Of a stretch of 64,000 nucleotides of DNA, positions 10,435 to 23,031 are shown piece by piece (the stretch's first letter is position 1; every line of letters starts with the position of its first letter). The stretch is from Felis catus (lineage: Eukaryota), in NCBI RefSeq assembly GCF_018350175.1, contig NC_058369.1:12896001-12960000 (forward strand), given 5' to 3'. Under the pieces are notes generated by a model. The model was given only the letters and a program-made list of their open reading frames with translations. It did not search any database and was not told the origin of the DNA. The position numbers and the translations under genes were made by a program.

Positions 10435-12932
10435 ATGGCCGCGGCGGCCGGCCTGGCGCGGCGGCTGCGGGCAGCGCTGCGGGAGGAGGAGCCGCGGTGA
10501 GGGCGAGGGCTGGGCGGGCCGGGGGGTGGGGCGAGGGTCGTGGTCCACTCTGACCTCCCAGTCCGCAGGGCCGTGGAAGAACTGCTGCGCCGCGGCGCGG
10601 ACCCCAACCTGGTGCTCGCGGATGGCGTGGCAGCCATGCACCTGGCGGCCAGAGCCCGGCACTCGCGCGGTCTGCGCTGCCTGGAGGCCCTACTGCACCG
10701 GGGCGGGGATGCTAACGCTCGGTGAGGCGGGGCCCGTACCCGGGGCGGAGTGATCCGCGCAGGGGAGGGATTTCCCGAATCCAAGGACGAAAACTGGGAG
10801 TCCTGGAGAGGGCCTCTCACAGCCCGAGGGCGGAGACTCGGGGCCCAAGGGTGGGGCTTGGGGACCTGGGGGCGGGTTCCTAAAGATCCAAGGGCGGGGG
10901 CTACGGTGCCAGATTGAGAGTGGGATGGGAGGTTGCGCTCGGGCCAAGTAGGGATCAAAGATTCGGATCTGGCGGTAGGAGCTCTAGGGTCAGAGAGCAG
11001 AGGTTTGAGTCTGGCCGAGGGTGCAGTGTCTAGGATCCAAGAGTGGTGTCTCAGGCTGGGGGGTGGGGTGGGGGGCGGTGGAGATAGGGGGCCGAGAGCC
11101 CGGTCTCCGGGGTCCGGAGGCGGAGATCTCATTCCCTCTTCCGCTGACCTCTCCTCCGCTCCTGCCCCAGATCGGTCGAGGCGCTCACGCCGCTGCACGT
11201 GGCTGCCGCCTGGGGCTGTCGCCGCGGCCTGGAGCTGCTGCTGGGCCATGGAGCGGACCCGACGCTGAGAGACCAGGTGGGAGCCCAGCGCCCGCAGTGG
11301 CGGGGCGGACCCGGAGGGAGCGAGGAAGGGAGGGAAAAGGGCCTCGGGTGCCCCCTGCTGACCAAGCCGCCGCAGGACGGACTCGGGCCGCTGGACCTGG
11401 CGGAGCTGCAGGGGCACCAGGATTGCGCACACGTCCTTCGGGAACTCCAGACTCGGACGAAGACATCGACCCGGACCCGGGCAGAGAGCCAGGAGCCTGA
11501 GCCTGAGCCCGAGCCTGGCGGTGGGTGGCGCCTGCGCGTCCTCGGGGCTTAAGCTCTGATCTAGTTTTGCGTGTCTCTCTGATGACCGCTCTCTGGTTCT
11601 GTCTCACACGCGGTTCGGCCGGTAAACTGTCTGCCTCCGATTCTTTCTCTCCTCCCTGCGACTCTTTCTGTCTGATCCAACACCCATCTCTGGCTCTGGC
11701 TCTCTTCATCCTTCCTCTCTGACCCTCCCTCTCATCCCCTACTTCAGGCCCAAACCCCTGGGGAAAGGGGCTGGACGCCAGCCCCTCTGGACTTCCCAGT
11801 GTGACGCTGGGCTTCATAGCACTGGGCAGAAGTGATGGCAGGGACACAGGCCTGGAAGCTGGCCCCAGACTCCCCCGCCACCTGGCCCGCCCTGAGATTG
11901 CTGACAAGGATAGCAGCTTGGAGTACCCCCCAGGACAGTGCGACTGCAGCTCAGATGCCTCCTTTGTCACTGCGATTGAAGCTTCTGGAACTGAAGACCC
12001 AGCCCCGCACACCTCCTCCTGGGCTAGGTCATCTCCCCAGACCAAGCAGAGACTCATGCCTACTATTCGACCTTCCCAGAGGACGCCGAGGTCCCCAGGT
12101 ACCCCACAGCTGGTACATCGAGCTGCTGCGGCAGACAGGGAGGCAGAACTAAATACCTGTCTGCAGGCCCTGACTCTGACTTCGCCAGATGCCTCCCCCT
12201 CCCCCCTAGCCCTCCCCGATGGGAGCCCTGCGCAGAGCCCCCCTCGGGAGCCACTGCCTGGACTCCCCCATGTTCACTTCCTAAAAGACGAAGAGTTGTC
12301 CCCCGACAGTGATGTGGCTGCCCTCTGGCTGACAGAGGATGAGGCGAGCTCCACAGGTGGCAGGGACCCTGCCCCCTCTCACTGGTGCCCTCCAGTCCCT
12401 GCCATGACGGACCTGGAGATACTTCGAGGGCTCCGAGCACTTGGCAAGAACCCTGGCCCCATCACACCCTTCACTCGGACGTACCACCTCCGACGGCTGG
12501 AAGAAGCCCGTGCTGCTCCTGGTTAGTCTGTTCTGGGCATCCAGAGTCCAAGGAACTTCCAGGGATCCCTGGAGACCCCTGGCTCTCGGTCCTCCCTCCT
12601 TTATTCTTTATGTCTGGGAACAACCCCTTCGTTTGTCTGCCTTGACTCAGTTTCCCCCACACACACACCCTGCCCGCCCCAGGCTCAGACTTTTCAGGGC
12701 ACAGCCCAGAGCTGGCCGAAGCCCTGCGGACAGGCTGTATCCCAGATGCCCAGGCAGATGAGGATGTGCTTGCCCAGCAGTTTGAGCGGCCGGACCCCAA
12801 GAGAAGGTGGAGGGAGGGGGTCGTGAAGTCCAGCTTCACGTATCTACTGCTGGACCCCAGGTACTTGGGGCAGGGATAGAAAATTCTGGGATTGGTCTGC
12901 TTTGTATCCTTTTCTTTTTAAGTGTATTTATT

Positions 12933-12974
<42 letters not shown>

Positions 12975-14450
12975 AAGTGCAAATAGAGTAGGGGCAGAGA
13001 GAGAGGGAGAGAGAGGATACCAAGCAGGCTCCACACGTCAGCACAGAGTCTGACGTGGGACTGGAACCCACGAACCGTGAGATCATGACCTGAGCCAAAA
13101 TCAAGAGCCAGACGCTCAACCAACTAAGCCACCCAGGCGCCCCTTTGCTTTGTATCTTTAGTATTGATTTGTTTATTTTGAGAGAGAGAGAAAGAGAGAG
13201 TGCATGTGCACGTGCAAGTGGGGGAGGGGCAGAGCGAGAGGGAGAGAGAAAATTCCAAACTGGCTCTGCGCTGTCAATGCAGAGTCCGATGTAGGGCTCG
13301 ATCTCACAAACTGTGAGATCACGACCTGAGCCGAAATCAAAGAGCTGGGTGCTTCACCCACTGAGCCACCCAGGCACCCCTGCTTTGTATCTTTAAAAGG
13401 GGCACTAGCCCTATCTGGTCATCAGCTCCTTTATCTATAAAAGGTTGGTTAGACCCCGTTCAAGCTGCTGAGTGTCCTCAGAGAGCATCCACCGCTCTCT
13501 GCCCCAGAAGGGGCTCACTGGACTCGGATTCGAGTTGCTTTGCGAACTTAGAAACTTTCTGGGGCAGCTGTCATCACTTCTTCCTCTCTGAGTGACCCCT
13601 TTCATCCAGGGAGACTCAGGACCTGCCAGGCCGAGCCTTCTCACTGACCCCAGCTGAACGCCTTCGGACTTTTGTCCATGCCATCTTCTATGTGGGGAAA
13701 GGGACACGGGCCCGGCCAGATGTCCACCTCTGGGAGGCCCTCAGCCACCGTCGACAGCCAAGAAAGCAGGTGTGAGGATATAGATCAGGGTCATGGCAGG
13801 GGCAGCTGGGTCTTGGGGAGGTTAAGGAAGGAGGGGATTGGAGGACAGTCCCTGACCCCACCCTGGCCCACTAGGCCTGCCCCAAAGTGCGCCAGATCTT
13901 GGACATCTGGGCCAGTGGTCGTGGTGTTGTCTCCCTGCATTGCTTCCAACATGTGGTTGCTGTGGAGGCTTATACTCGAGAGGCGTGTCTTGTGGATGCT
14001 CTAGGTAGGTGCCTGACTTGTGAGGTGGGGGGAGTCACATGAGGGGCACTTGATCTACTGATCCCCTCACCCCTTTCCTCTCAGAGCTGTTCATTCATTC
14101 AGCCAATGAGCAATTATTGAGCACCAACTGTGTACCTTCATGTGCACATATTTTTGCTCTTTTGGTTTGTCCCTGCTTAAGGGTAATATGCAGTGGTCTC
14201 ACCGTCATTTCTGCCAGGGGGTTCCAAGGATGTCCCTGTGACCTCACCCCTAATCTCTCCAGGCATCCAGACACTGACCAACCAGAGACAAGGACACTGC
14301 TATGGAGTGGTGGCAAGCTGGCCACCCACCCGGCGACGCCGCTTGGGGGTGCATCTGCTGCACCGCGCCCTCCTTGTCTTCTTGGCCGAGGGTGAGCGAG
14401 AGCTGCGGCCCCAGGACATCCAGGCCCGCGGCAGAGTACTGGGGACTTGA
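10435..14450 (+). CDS. ANKLE1: Ankyrin repeat and LEM domain-containing protein 1 (GIY-YIG endonuclease), 631 aa. Exons 10435-10496, 10569-10721, 11171-11276, 11376-11520, 11748-12521, 12683-12860, 13610-13769, 13875-14004, 14263-14450
   Basis: Ankyrin repeats (AVEELLRRGADPNLVL, LTPLHVAAAWGCRRGLELLL), LEM-like DLEILRGLRALGKNPGPITPFTRTYHLRRL, and GIY-YIG motifs FTYLLLDPR, IFYVGKG, EAYTREAC, LTNQ. GT-AG junctions are in phase (1896 nt). Confidence 0.96.
12912..13380 (-). mobile_element. Two tandem Can-SINEs (about 12912-13143 and 13165-13380) in ANKLE1 intron 6
   Basis: Two SINE bodies separated and flanked by copies of TGCTTTGTATC. Confidence 0.9.
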
Positions 14451-15787
14451 CCGTCCAGCCTAGGTAGAGATCGGGGTGTTTGAATGCTTCAGCTGCCCCA
14501 TGCTGACATCAGCCCCCCATCTCCAGAAGGCAGCCCAGAGGGTGGGGGGGGGCAGGCAGCATGGCATATCCCCCCCTCAAGCTGAGGGAGGACTTTGTTA
14601 CAGATGGACCTGCTGGAGAGGTAATGAGCTTCCTGTCATGGGAGGAGGACAAATAGGGAAGCAGAAGTTCTTTGGAATGTTCTAGTGCTTCCGAACATGC
14701 TAACGCTTTGGCAGTTTGGTCCCGTCTGTACAGTCCGCTTTTTTCTCCCAGACGCAGGGGACTCACGTGTGGGCTGGACTGGGGGACTCTGCCGAAGTCA
14801 AGAGCCAGATTTCTCTGCTTCCCGGCTATGGGACCCCGGGCCAGGAATTTGTCGCTCTGAGGCTCAGTTTCCTTACTTTGTACAGTGGGGACAGTGAGGA
14901 GTGCCACCTCAGAGGGTCATTGTGGAGATGGGAGTAAACGAAGCCATGCAGTGCAATGTGTGGTTCAGAGCCCGGCACTGAGCCAGAGGCAGCCCGTCTG
15001 CCCTGGTGGAAAGTCTCTTGGGGAAGGGAGGTGCCATGATGCTCTCCAGGGGCCGGCTGTGTGTGGTGATATGTGGGCAGAGCTGGGGAGGTCGACAGGG
15101 TGTGGGTGAGCGACCAGCCCTCCCCAGGATAGCTGTGCAACTCGGGCCTCCGGACATTGTTTCTCTGCCACTGTTTCTTCCACCATAAAACGGAATAACT
15201 AACCGCCACTTCCTGGCGATGCTGTACCACGTCAGACTTCCCATATGCTTAGAGCTTTAGTAAATGCCAAGCTGTCATCCTGGTGAGGTGTTGGCGGGAT
15301 CATTTTAGTTTCCAGAAGTAGCTTCTTCAAGCTTTCAGTGTATTTAGATTTGGGAGGATCCGCCGCCTCATTGGGTTGATTCCCCTGCCCATCATCGTGG
15401 CTCAGCGAACCAGGGCCTGAAGGGGGCGGGAGGTAACCTGCGCTGAGGTTCCCACCCGCCTCGATTCCTGCGGGCTGAGCCCCGGGCTACTCGTGGGGTG
15501 TGGCTGGTGTGGTAATTAGGAGCCGGGCCTCTGGGGTGGGTCGGGCTCTACCATTTTGTGGGTGAGTGGGGGGACTCAACCATTTTCACCGAACCAAAGA
15601 AACTTCTCTAAGCTTCTCGTTCCTCACGTGTAAGACCCGGAGGGCTCCCAGACCCAAGTCTCTTGGTAAAGTGATAGCAATGAAAAGTGTGCCATATGCC
15701 CAGGAATTCACCAAGAAGTCACTGGGAAAGAATCCAGAGACCCCACCCCCACCCCCCAAAAAGACCCCAAAGAGATGGGCTTTGTCT

Positions 15788-15982
15788 AACGGGGTTTCCC
15801 AAGGTGAACCCTAGTGTCATTTGAGGCCAAATTATTCTTTGCAGTAGGGGCCGTCCTGTGCATTGTAGGATGTCAGGACAGCATCCCTGGGCTCCACCCA
15901 CTTCCTCCCATCCCCAGTTGTGGCAATAAAACATGTCTCCAGAATTTGCTAGGGGGAACACTGTCTCAACCAGAACCCCACG
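15788..15982. mobile_element. MER20-like DNA transposon relic
   Basis: ggggccgtcctgtgcattgtaggatg...cagcatccctgg...cccagttgtggcaataaaacatgtctccaga motif. Confidence 0.7.
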
Positions 15983-16103
15983 CTAAACTAAAGGTGGGCT
16001 CACAAACCAGTGGGGAAAGGACCAAAGATGCAGTAACTAAAGGGACAATGCTCTCCCCTCACCGTCCACACAAGCCTCGAGACACATTAGAAAATACAGA
16101 GGA

Positions 16104-16515
16104 GGGGCGCCTGGGTGGCTCAGTCCCTTGAGCAATCACTTTGGCTCAGGTGATGATCTCAGGGTTTGTGGGTTTGAGCCCCACGTGGGGCTCTCGGCTG
16201 TCAGCGCAGAGCCCACTTCGGATCCTCTCTCTCCCTCTCCCTCTTCCTCCCCCTCCGCTCCTCCTCCCTTCAAGTGTGCGCAGATGTGCCTTGGCTCTTT
16301 CTTAAAAATAGACATTTAAAAAAAAAAGAAGAATATAGAGGAGTGGGCGCTTGGGTGGCTCAGTTAAGCATCTGACTCCGGATTTCAGCTCAGATCACGC
16401 AGAGCCTGCTTGGGATTCTCTCACTCTTTCCTTTCTCTGCCCCCCCCCCCCCCCGCTCCTGCTCTCTCTCTCTCTCTCTCAAAATAAGTAAATAAACTAA
16501 AAAGAAAAAAGTAAG
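16104..16515 (+). mobile_element. Two tandem Can-SINEs (about 16104-16330 and 16344-16515)
   Basis: Two GGGCGC(C/T)TGGGTGGCTCAG heads with A tails. Confidence 0.88.
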
Positions 16516-17067
16516 AAAATATAGAAGAAATCCTTCTGCCAAAAATGAGAAAAGACAGATTCATTGGCTCCAACATAAAAATTCTTCACGACAAAAGCGG
16601 CCTTGAACCAAGTTGGAAGATAAAGTGGATGGAGAGTAAAAGGTACCAAGTTGCCCTGTAGCGTGGGATAAAAGGGACTCAGCGAACATGGTGTCAGGCA
16701 CTTGGCACAGAGCTTTGTATACAGGTGGCACTCGATTATGGCTACTGCAACCCATGCAACATCTACTGATCCTCACGTTAACCGCTGTATGAACCTGAGT
16801 TGGACGGCCTCCTGCCTCCCAAGGACGGGGAGCTCACCACCTGTCTCTGCTCTGGGAATACTGCCCAAGAAGCCCCTGCATTCTGAGGAGGGAGGGAGAA
16901 CTCGGGAAGTAAGCCTGGACAGCCAACGCCCTTACTTCTCTGCAGTTCATCTCTGAGTGGGTGGGACCCTCATCAGCCCAGCCTGCAAGATGGGGAAACT
17001 CAGGCTCAGGACGACCCTGCCCTGCGGTCACCCAGCACAGGTCCGGAGACTCAGATTGTCGCTTCTT

Positions 17068-17073
17068 TTTATT
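17068..17073 (-). terminator. ABHD8 poly(A) signal AATAAA
   Basis: TTTATT on the + strand, about 500 nt downstream of the ABHD8 stop. Confidence 0.75.
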
Positions 17074-17573
17074 GAGTTACAAGTTGAGATGTGCAGGTTC
17101 AGTGGCGCCAGCCCCCCCCCCCCATCCCTCCCCTCTCCCTTGGGCAACAATAGCTCCCAGCGCCAAGAAATGGGGGGTAGGGGGGGTCTCGGGCAATGAG
17201 GCGGGGCCCCGAGGGTCCCAGGATCAAGCACGGCTGACACGGAAGACAGAGAGGGGGTGGGGGGGCCTGCCTCGGCCGTGGCGTTGAGGGTCAGGGACTT
17301 CTGTACAAGGTCATCCTCCACGGGGGTTCTGGCTGCGGCCCCAAACACCGATGGGTCCGGCAGGATGGAAGCGGAGAGCGGTGTATCCACTTGGCTCCGG
17401 AGAATGCCGTGCCCCACCCAGCCGGCCTGGGGGCGTCTCCCTACCCTGACTCCGCCCACCGGAGCGAACAGCCCGCCCAGGTGGTCCGCGCGGCGGACGT
17501 GGGGCTGCTCCTGGCTTCCTCCTGCTGCTCCGCGGCTTACCAAGCGATGCCCGATGCCCGGCCGGCCCAGCGG

Positions 17574-20500
17574 CTACTTCTTCTCTTCTGGGGGCGCGGG
17601 CAGGGGCTCGGGCAGGGCCTTGGGCGAGGGCTCGGGCTCCCAGAGCAGGAATTCATGGAGGAGTGTGTTGACCGTCTCCGGACACTCCAGCATCACCATG
17701 TGGCTGCCTTCATCAATGAGCTTCAGGAAGGCCAGCAGCAGGATCTGCGGGGAGGGGCACAGGCTCAGGGTGGCCAACGTAGAATGGTGCCTCGTGGGGC
17801 ACCCAAGCCCACCCCCACACCACGCCTGCAGCGTTAGGAAGTCCCTCCTATGCTCTACCCTTCATCCCTCTACTTCCATCCAAGCTGGACGCAGAGAATT
17901 GCCTGCCGCCCCAGTGGAGCTCGACTCAGTATTCATTCAACATTTATTAGGTGCCTACGATACGTCCAGAGCAGGCTTTCTCAACCCCAGCACTACTGAC
18001 ATTTAGGGCCAGATCATTCTCCGTGGTGGGGGCTGTGTCCCATGCCCTGTGGGATGTTGAGCATCGTCCCTGGCCTTGACCCACTAGATGCCAGTTAGCA
18101 GTGTCTCACTCCCCTCAGTCCACAGTGTGACAACTTTGAAAAGCCTCCAGACACTGCCTCATGTCCGTAGGGAGCAAATTCACTGCTGGGTGATAATCCC
18201 TGAGACAGACAGAAAGGCAAGGTCTCTCATGCCGGGAATCTTAACCTTGGCATTCCTGACACTTGTTAGGGGATCATTCTTTACCGTGAAGCCATTCTGT
18301 TCATCAAAGGATGTTGAGCAGCATCCCTGGCATCCACCCACCGGATGGCAAAAGCCCCTCCTCCCCATTCATGGCAACCAGAAAAGTCTGCGGACATTTC
18401 AGGGGCATCCGGGTGGCTCAGTCGGTTGGGTGTCCGACTTTGGCTCAGGCCATGATCTCAGGTGGGTTCGAGCCCCGTGTCGGGCTCTGTGCTGACGGCT
18501 GGGAGCCCGGAGCCTGCTTCAGATTCTGTGTCTCCCTCTCTCTCTCTGCCCCTCCCCGGCTTGTGCTCTCTCTCTCTCAAAAGTAAATAAACATTAAAAA
18601 AAAAAAAAAAAGGCCGCAGACATTTCTGATGTCCCCCGGGGGCCAGAATCCTTGCAGGTTCAGAACTGCTGGTCCAGAGCTATTCCAAGTGCTGGGGATC
18701 CCACAACACTTTCCTGGTAGTCTCTGACCCTGACCTAAAGATCTCTGGCCCACCCTCTCCCAGAATTCTGTATTGCGTCCCTGGTCACTTATACAAACCC
18801 CAGTGGTACAGAGCACCTTTGATGTGCAATGGGGAAAGCACATAACCTAATACCTGTCCAGGGCAGCCCCACGTTCTGGATTCCTCCCTTAATCTTAGCT
18901 CTCAGTTTCCTGGGGCTGGAGCACAAGGCAGAGTCCACCTGGGGTGCACACACAGGGGGATCTGCGGGGTGTGGGGGCCAGGGTGCCAAGGTCCTACCTC
19001 AGCCATGCGCTGGTCTTCCTCCACCGGCACAAACTTGTCATGCATGCCATGGACGAGCAGGACGGGCACAGTGAGCTCAGCATGGTAGACCTCATCACCT
19101 TCGGGCCAGTACTGGCCGCTCATCATGGCTCGCAGAACGAAGGACGACACATTGAACGCGTTGCCCTCTTTTAGCAGCTGCTTCTCTTTGGCTCCTTGGC
19201 GGGCAAAGCCGGCCCTGGTGGTGGGGAGGCATTCCTGGAGCCCTCATGCCAGCTTGGGCCACCAGGGGTGCCCCCCAATGCCAGTCCAGCAGTACAGCCC
19301 CCCTCCCTCCCACCCAACTCAGGGAGATGCCAGGGTCGGCCAGGGCCAGGGTCACTCACTTGAGAAAGCTCCAAGCCAGGCAGGGTGACAGGCAGTGCAG
19401 GACGCACGTGGGCATGTTGAAGATGGAACAGAAGCTGGGTTCCAATGCCGTGGGGCCCCCGCCGTTGATCATGATCACCTTGTGCACCAGGTCTGGGTAC
19501 TCATGTGCCAGGAACGTGCAGAAGGAGACACTGTCGGTGGGGGGGGGGGGGGGAGGGTTGAAGGGTGGGAGTCAGCAAGATGCAGTAAGTGAGGGAGTTA
19601 ATGCCCTCCCTCACTCAGAGGCAGGTCCTCGAGGGCCAACATTCCTCCCCAGGGGCCCATGGGCACTGGATGGGAGGGATGGGTGTGGCATTTGAAATGC
19701 CCCCAAATTGTAAAACTATATATGTGTTGAGGGTAAATTCTTTTTTTCTTCTTTTTTGGAGAGAAGATCCAAATCCAGAACTTTCCTCAGATCCTCAAAG
19801 CCACCATGACCCCCAGAGGGGTAAGAGTTACTTATTGTCAAGTGTTAAGGAAGCAATCCGATGAAATCCTTTGGTTTCCCAGAGAAGGTCCTTGTTTCCT
19901 ATGTATCCCTTCCCTTTAAGGATAGTCTGTCTCCAGCTTCTGAACGTGGCACGTCAGCCTGCCTTATGCAGGGGGAGAGGTGCAGCCTGAAGAGAGAGCC
20001 CCCAGCGGCCCAGTTCCTGTGGGCTATAGCCATTCTGTTTTGTAAACTAGTAACTAAGTTCACCGTTGGGTACATTTGTAAATTATTTAGCCAATAAAGT
20101 TTTCCCGGAACACAGCCACACCCATTGGTTTACAATTATGGCTGCTCTTTTTGCTAGGGTGAAAGTAGAGTTGTAAAGTTCCAACAGAGATGACCATACG
20201 TCCTGCAAACCTAAAATGTTTACTCTCTGGCCCATGGAGGAAAAAACTTGCCAACCCTTGCTGTAAAGAGGGACAGGATACGATCAAGAGTGAGGTGGGC
20301 TTAACTGTGCCAGGGTGGCTCAGTCCAGTAAGTGTCCGACTTCGGCTCAGGTCATGATCTCACGGTTCGTGGGTTTGGGCCCCACGTCAGGCTCTGTGCT
20401 GACAGCTTAGATTCTGTGTCTCCCTCTCTCTCTCTGCCCCTCCCCTGCTCACGCTCTCTCCAGTGATCAGGCACCAAGGTCCAGTCTCCAACGGAGTGAG

Positions 20501-21796
20501 CACTCACCTAAATGCTAGATGGTATTACCTGTCACCCCTTTAAGGGAGAGTGAAAATTATAGCAACCCGCGTCCTTGGAAAAAGACTCTACAGGATTCTA
20601 ATTAGCCCTTCCTTGGAGGCCTTGGGGTCTTCAGAGCAACTGCTTTTTGAACTTGAAGACAGTGGTTCTCAGCCAGGGGTGATTCTGCCGGCCAGGGGAC
20701 CCGGGGCAATATTTGAAGACGCTTCAGGTTGTCATGAACATCACCAGGCCGTTGCGCCAGTGGCAACCAGCGGGTAGAGGCTAGGGATGCCGCTGCCACA
20801 CATCCAACAGCCACATGAAAGCCCCTCACAGAGAAGAAAGACCTAACCCAAGATACCAGCGGTGCCGGGGCTGAGAAACACTGCTTTCAAACAATACGAA
20901 ACGATAGCAGTGGCGGCAATCCCTATCTTGTTACAGATGTTAACGAGATTTTTTCAAGGAGAGGAAGCAGCGTTTTGGCGAGGGGGTGTCCCGTCCTGGC
21001 CGCCCCCGCCCCCATCTCTCACCCCCCCCCCCATCCCCGCCCCTGCGTCGGCTCACCCGTAAGAATGTCCAATGAGCACGTTGCGCTTCTTGGCGTAACG
21101 CTTAAAGATGGCGCGCATGTCCTCTGCCAGCGCATAGAAGGTGTAGGCTGCGGCCACCTGGGGCGCGGAGCTGGCCCCGTGACCGGCCAGATCGGGTGCC
21201 ACCACCTCGTAGCCCAGGCGCACAAAGAAGTCCAGCTGCTCCTTCCAGATGGCCAGGGAGCCGCCCACACCGTGGATGAAAAAGAGCACCACATCGGCCT
21301 GGGCACCTTTGCAGCTTGTGATGCGCTTCTCACAGTCAATGTGGATGGTGCGCTTGGGGCGCCGGGTTCGCCGCCGGCGGCCACCGCTGCCACTTCCGGC
21401 GCTGCCCGAGCCCGAGCGGCCGTCACTGCCTGCCGGGTCCGCCAGCTCCACCTCTAGGGCGGCCGGCGGCTCCCCGGAGCCATTCTGCCCGTGCAGGAGG
21501 TCAGCACGGGGTGCCCGGCCCAGGTTCTCCACCAGCAACCGCCCGTTGCGGTACACGGTAATGCGGCGCTGGCAGCGGACCAAGCCAGACCGGTCCCCCT
21601 GGGCAGCATCTGGCAGTGGTGGAGGTGGGTTGGGGGCTGGAGCAGGCCCGGCATGCTTCACCCGCAGCACACGGCCAGGCTTGACCTCCACAAAGGTGTA
21701 GCCATCACTGGATTCGACGCTCTCCAGCGGCCCCACAGCGTTGGGGGGTGCGCCCAGTAGGCAGCAGAAGATCCCGTCGGTCACCCCGGTCAGCAT
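17574..21796 (-). CDS. ABHD8: Abhydrolase domain-containing protein 8, 432 aa. Coding exons 21796-21057, 19530-19360, 19214-18998, 17744-17574; non-coding exon 1 about 23190-23032
   Basis: [15 protein letters not shown]...FFIHGVGGS...GHSYG (nucleophile elbow)...HGMHDKFVP...[11 protein letters not shown]...EEKK*. Junction phases are consistent (1299 nt). Exon-2 acceptor is at 21805/21804. Confidence 0.97.
17968..18190. mobile_element. MER20-like element
   Basis: tttctcaaccccagcactactgacatttagggccagatcattct...ccactagatgccag motif. Confidence 0.8.
18240..18672 (+). mobile_element. MER20-like element interrupted by a Can-SINE (about 18402-18612)
   Basis: MER20 halves flank a full SINE; degenerate TSD gcRgacatttc. 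Confidence 0.75.
20003..20262. mobile_element. MER58A-like MITE
   Basis: aataaagtttt...gaacacagccacaccca...cctgcaaacctaaaatgtttactctctggccc...ttgccaacccttg. Confidence 0.7.
20310..20460 (+). mobile_element. Can-SINE (internally deleted, no tail)
   Basis: GGGTGGCTCAG...GGCTCAGGTCATGATCTC body. Confidence 0.8.
20660..20884. mobile_element. MER20-like element
   Basis: CAGTGGTTCTCAGCC...GGCTGAGAAACACTG inverted termini. Confidence 0.8.
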
Positions 21797-22171
21797 GGCG
21801 TGTCCTGGAAGTGGGGCCACATCCATCTCAGGGGTCATCTACATAAGGAACCCTCCACCCCCACAGCACCCAATCCCTGCACCTGGGGCAGGTGAGCTGC
21901 GCTAGGAGGTACCTTCTGGCCCCCAGTGTTTGGAGGGCGACAGCCAGTCAAGCACCAAGATGTTTAGTCTAGTCAGTGCCTGCATGGTGGCTGGCCACCC
22001 TCCTGGGCTAACCTAGTCTATCCTGGAGAGAAGGACCTGGCTATGGCTGACCCCAAGAGGTGTCCATAGGGAAGGTGGTATAGTCAGGGGGTGCTTCTTG
22101 GAGGAGGAGACATTGTAGCAAATGAGGACCCCCCCAGCTGAGGATTATAGCAGTTATGGCTTCCTAAGCCC

Positions 22172-22223
22172 ATTCATTCATTCATTCATTCACTCATTCA
22201 CTCATCCATCCATCCATCCATTC
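22172..22223. repeat. (TTCA)n/(TCCA)n tetranucleotide repeat
   Basis: cattcattcattcattcattcactcattcactcatccatccatccatccattca. Confidence 0.85.
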
Positions 22224-23031
22224 AGGCACACACTCTCACTAACTTACTTTATGCTTCTGAAGGCATCTAAAAAGGTGCAGATTCCAGCGAGCCCCCATCC
22301 CAGGCCTCTGAACCTGGTTCCTGAAAGGTGAGGCCCTCAGGGAGGGAGTTAGGGACTGAGCTCCAAAAGGCCTTGTCCAGCTCCCCAAGACCCAGACTGG
22401 GTCTGTTTCACAGAGGGACAAGCTGAAGCCCGGACACTCTGTGCGCCCCCCCCCCCCGACCCCCAGTCAGTGCTCTGGTTTCTGGGGGGGTCTGACACAC
22501 AATCCCCAAAGGTGATGAGGATGGAGAAGGTAAAACCCTCCCTGGGGGCCTCCAGGCCTCCATCCTGTTCCCTGGGCTACCCCCCCTCCGTGTCCATGGC
22601 AACCACAGGCTGTTACATAACTCAAGGGGGATACCCGTGCAGCGCACCCCCATTGTCTAGGGCCTGGAGATGGGACGAACCCCTCCCCCCCACCCCCGTC
22701 CCCATCCTGTGAGCCCTGGGGATAAGACACGCCAAAGGCACGGCCTGTGATGGCCCAGACTTGATGATAGAGGGGGAGCAGGTCTCGCCTCTCACTCCAC
22801 TGAGATCCCAACCCTGGATTGCGGAGGGGGACGCAAATGCGCCACGCCAGGTCCCCTCCCCAGAGGCAGATCCCTGCCTCTCCGTTGCTAGTCAGCCCTG
22901 CGGCGGGGTTGAGGCCACTGGGGCTCTGTGGGTTCCTAAGAGCCCGAGCACTGGCTTTGTGCACACCCCCCTCCGAAGTGGAAGCCCCGGGGACCTCGTG
23001 TCCCCCCTCCCAGAGCCCACTCCCCGCTCAC

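Noticed and set aside
10254-12057. Long antisense ORFs (392 and 290 aa) over ANKLE1
   Set aside because: CpG-island sequence is stop-poor; the products are low-complexity Pro/Arg/Ala with no recognisable domain.
13708-13730. ANKLE1 RPDVH versus recalled human RPYVH as a possible nuclease inactivation
   Set aside because: Core GIY-YIG residues (TYLL, YVG, RE, TN) are intact and this position appears variable in the family.
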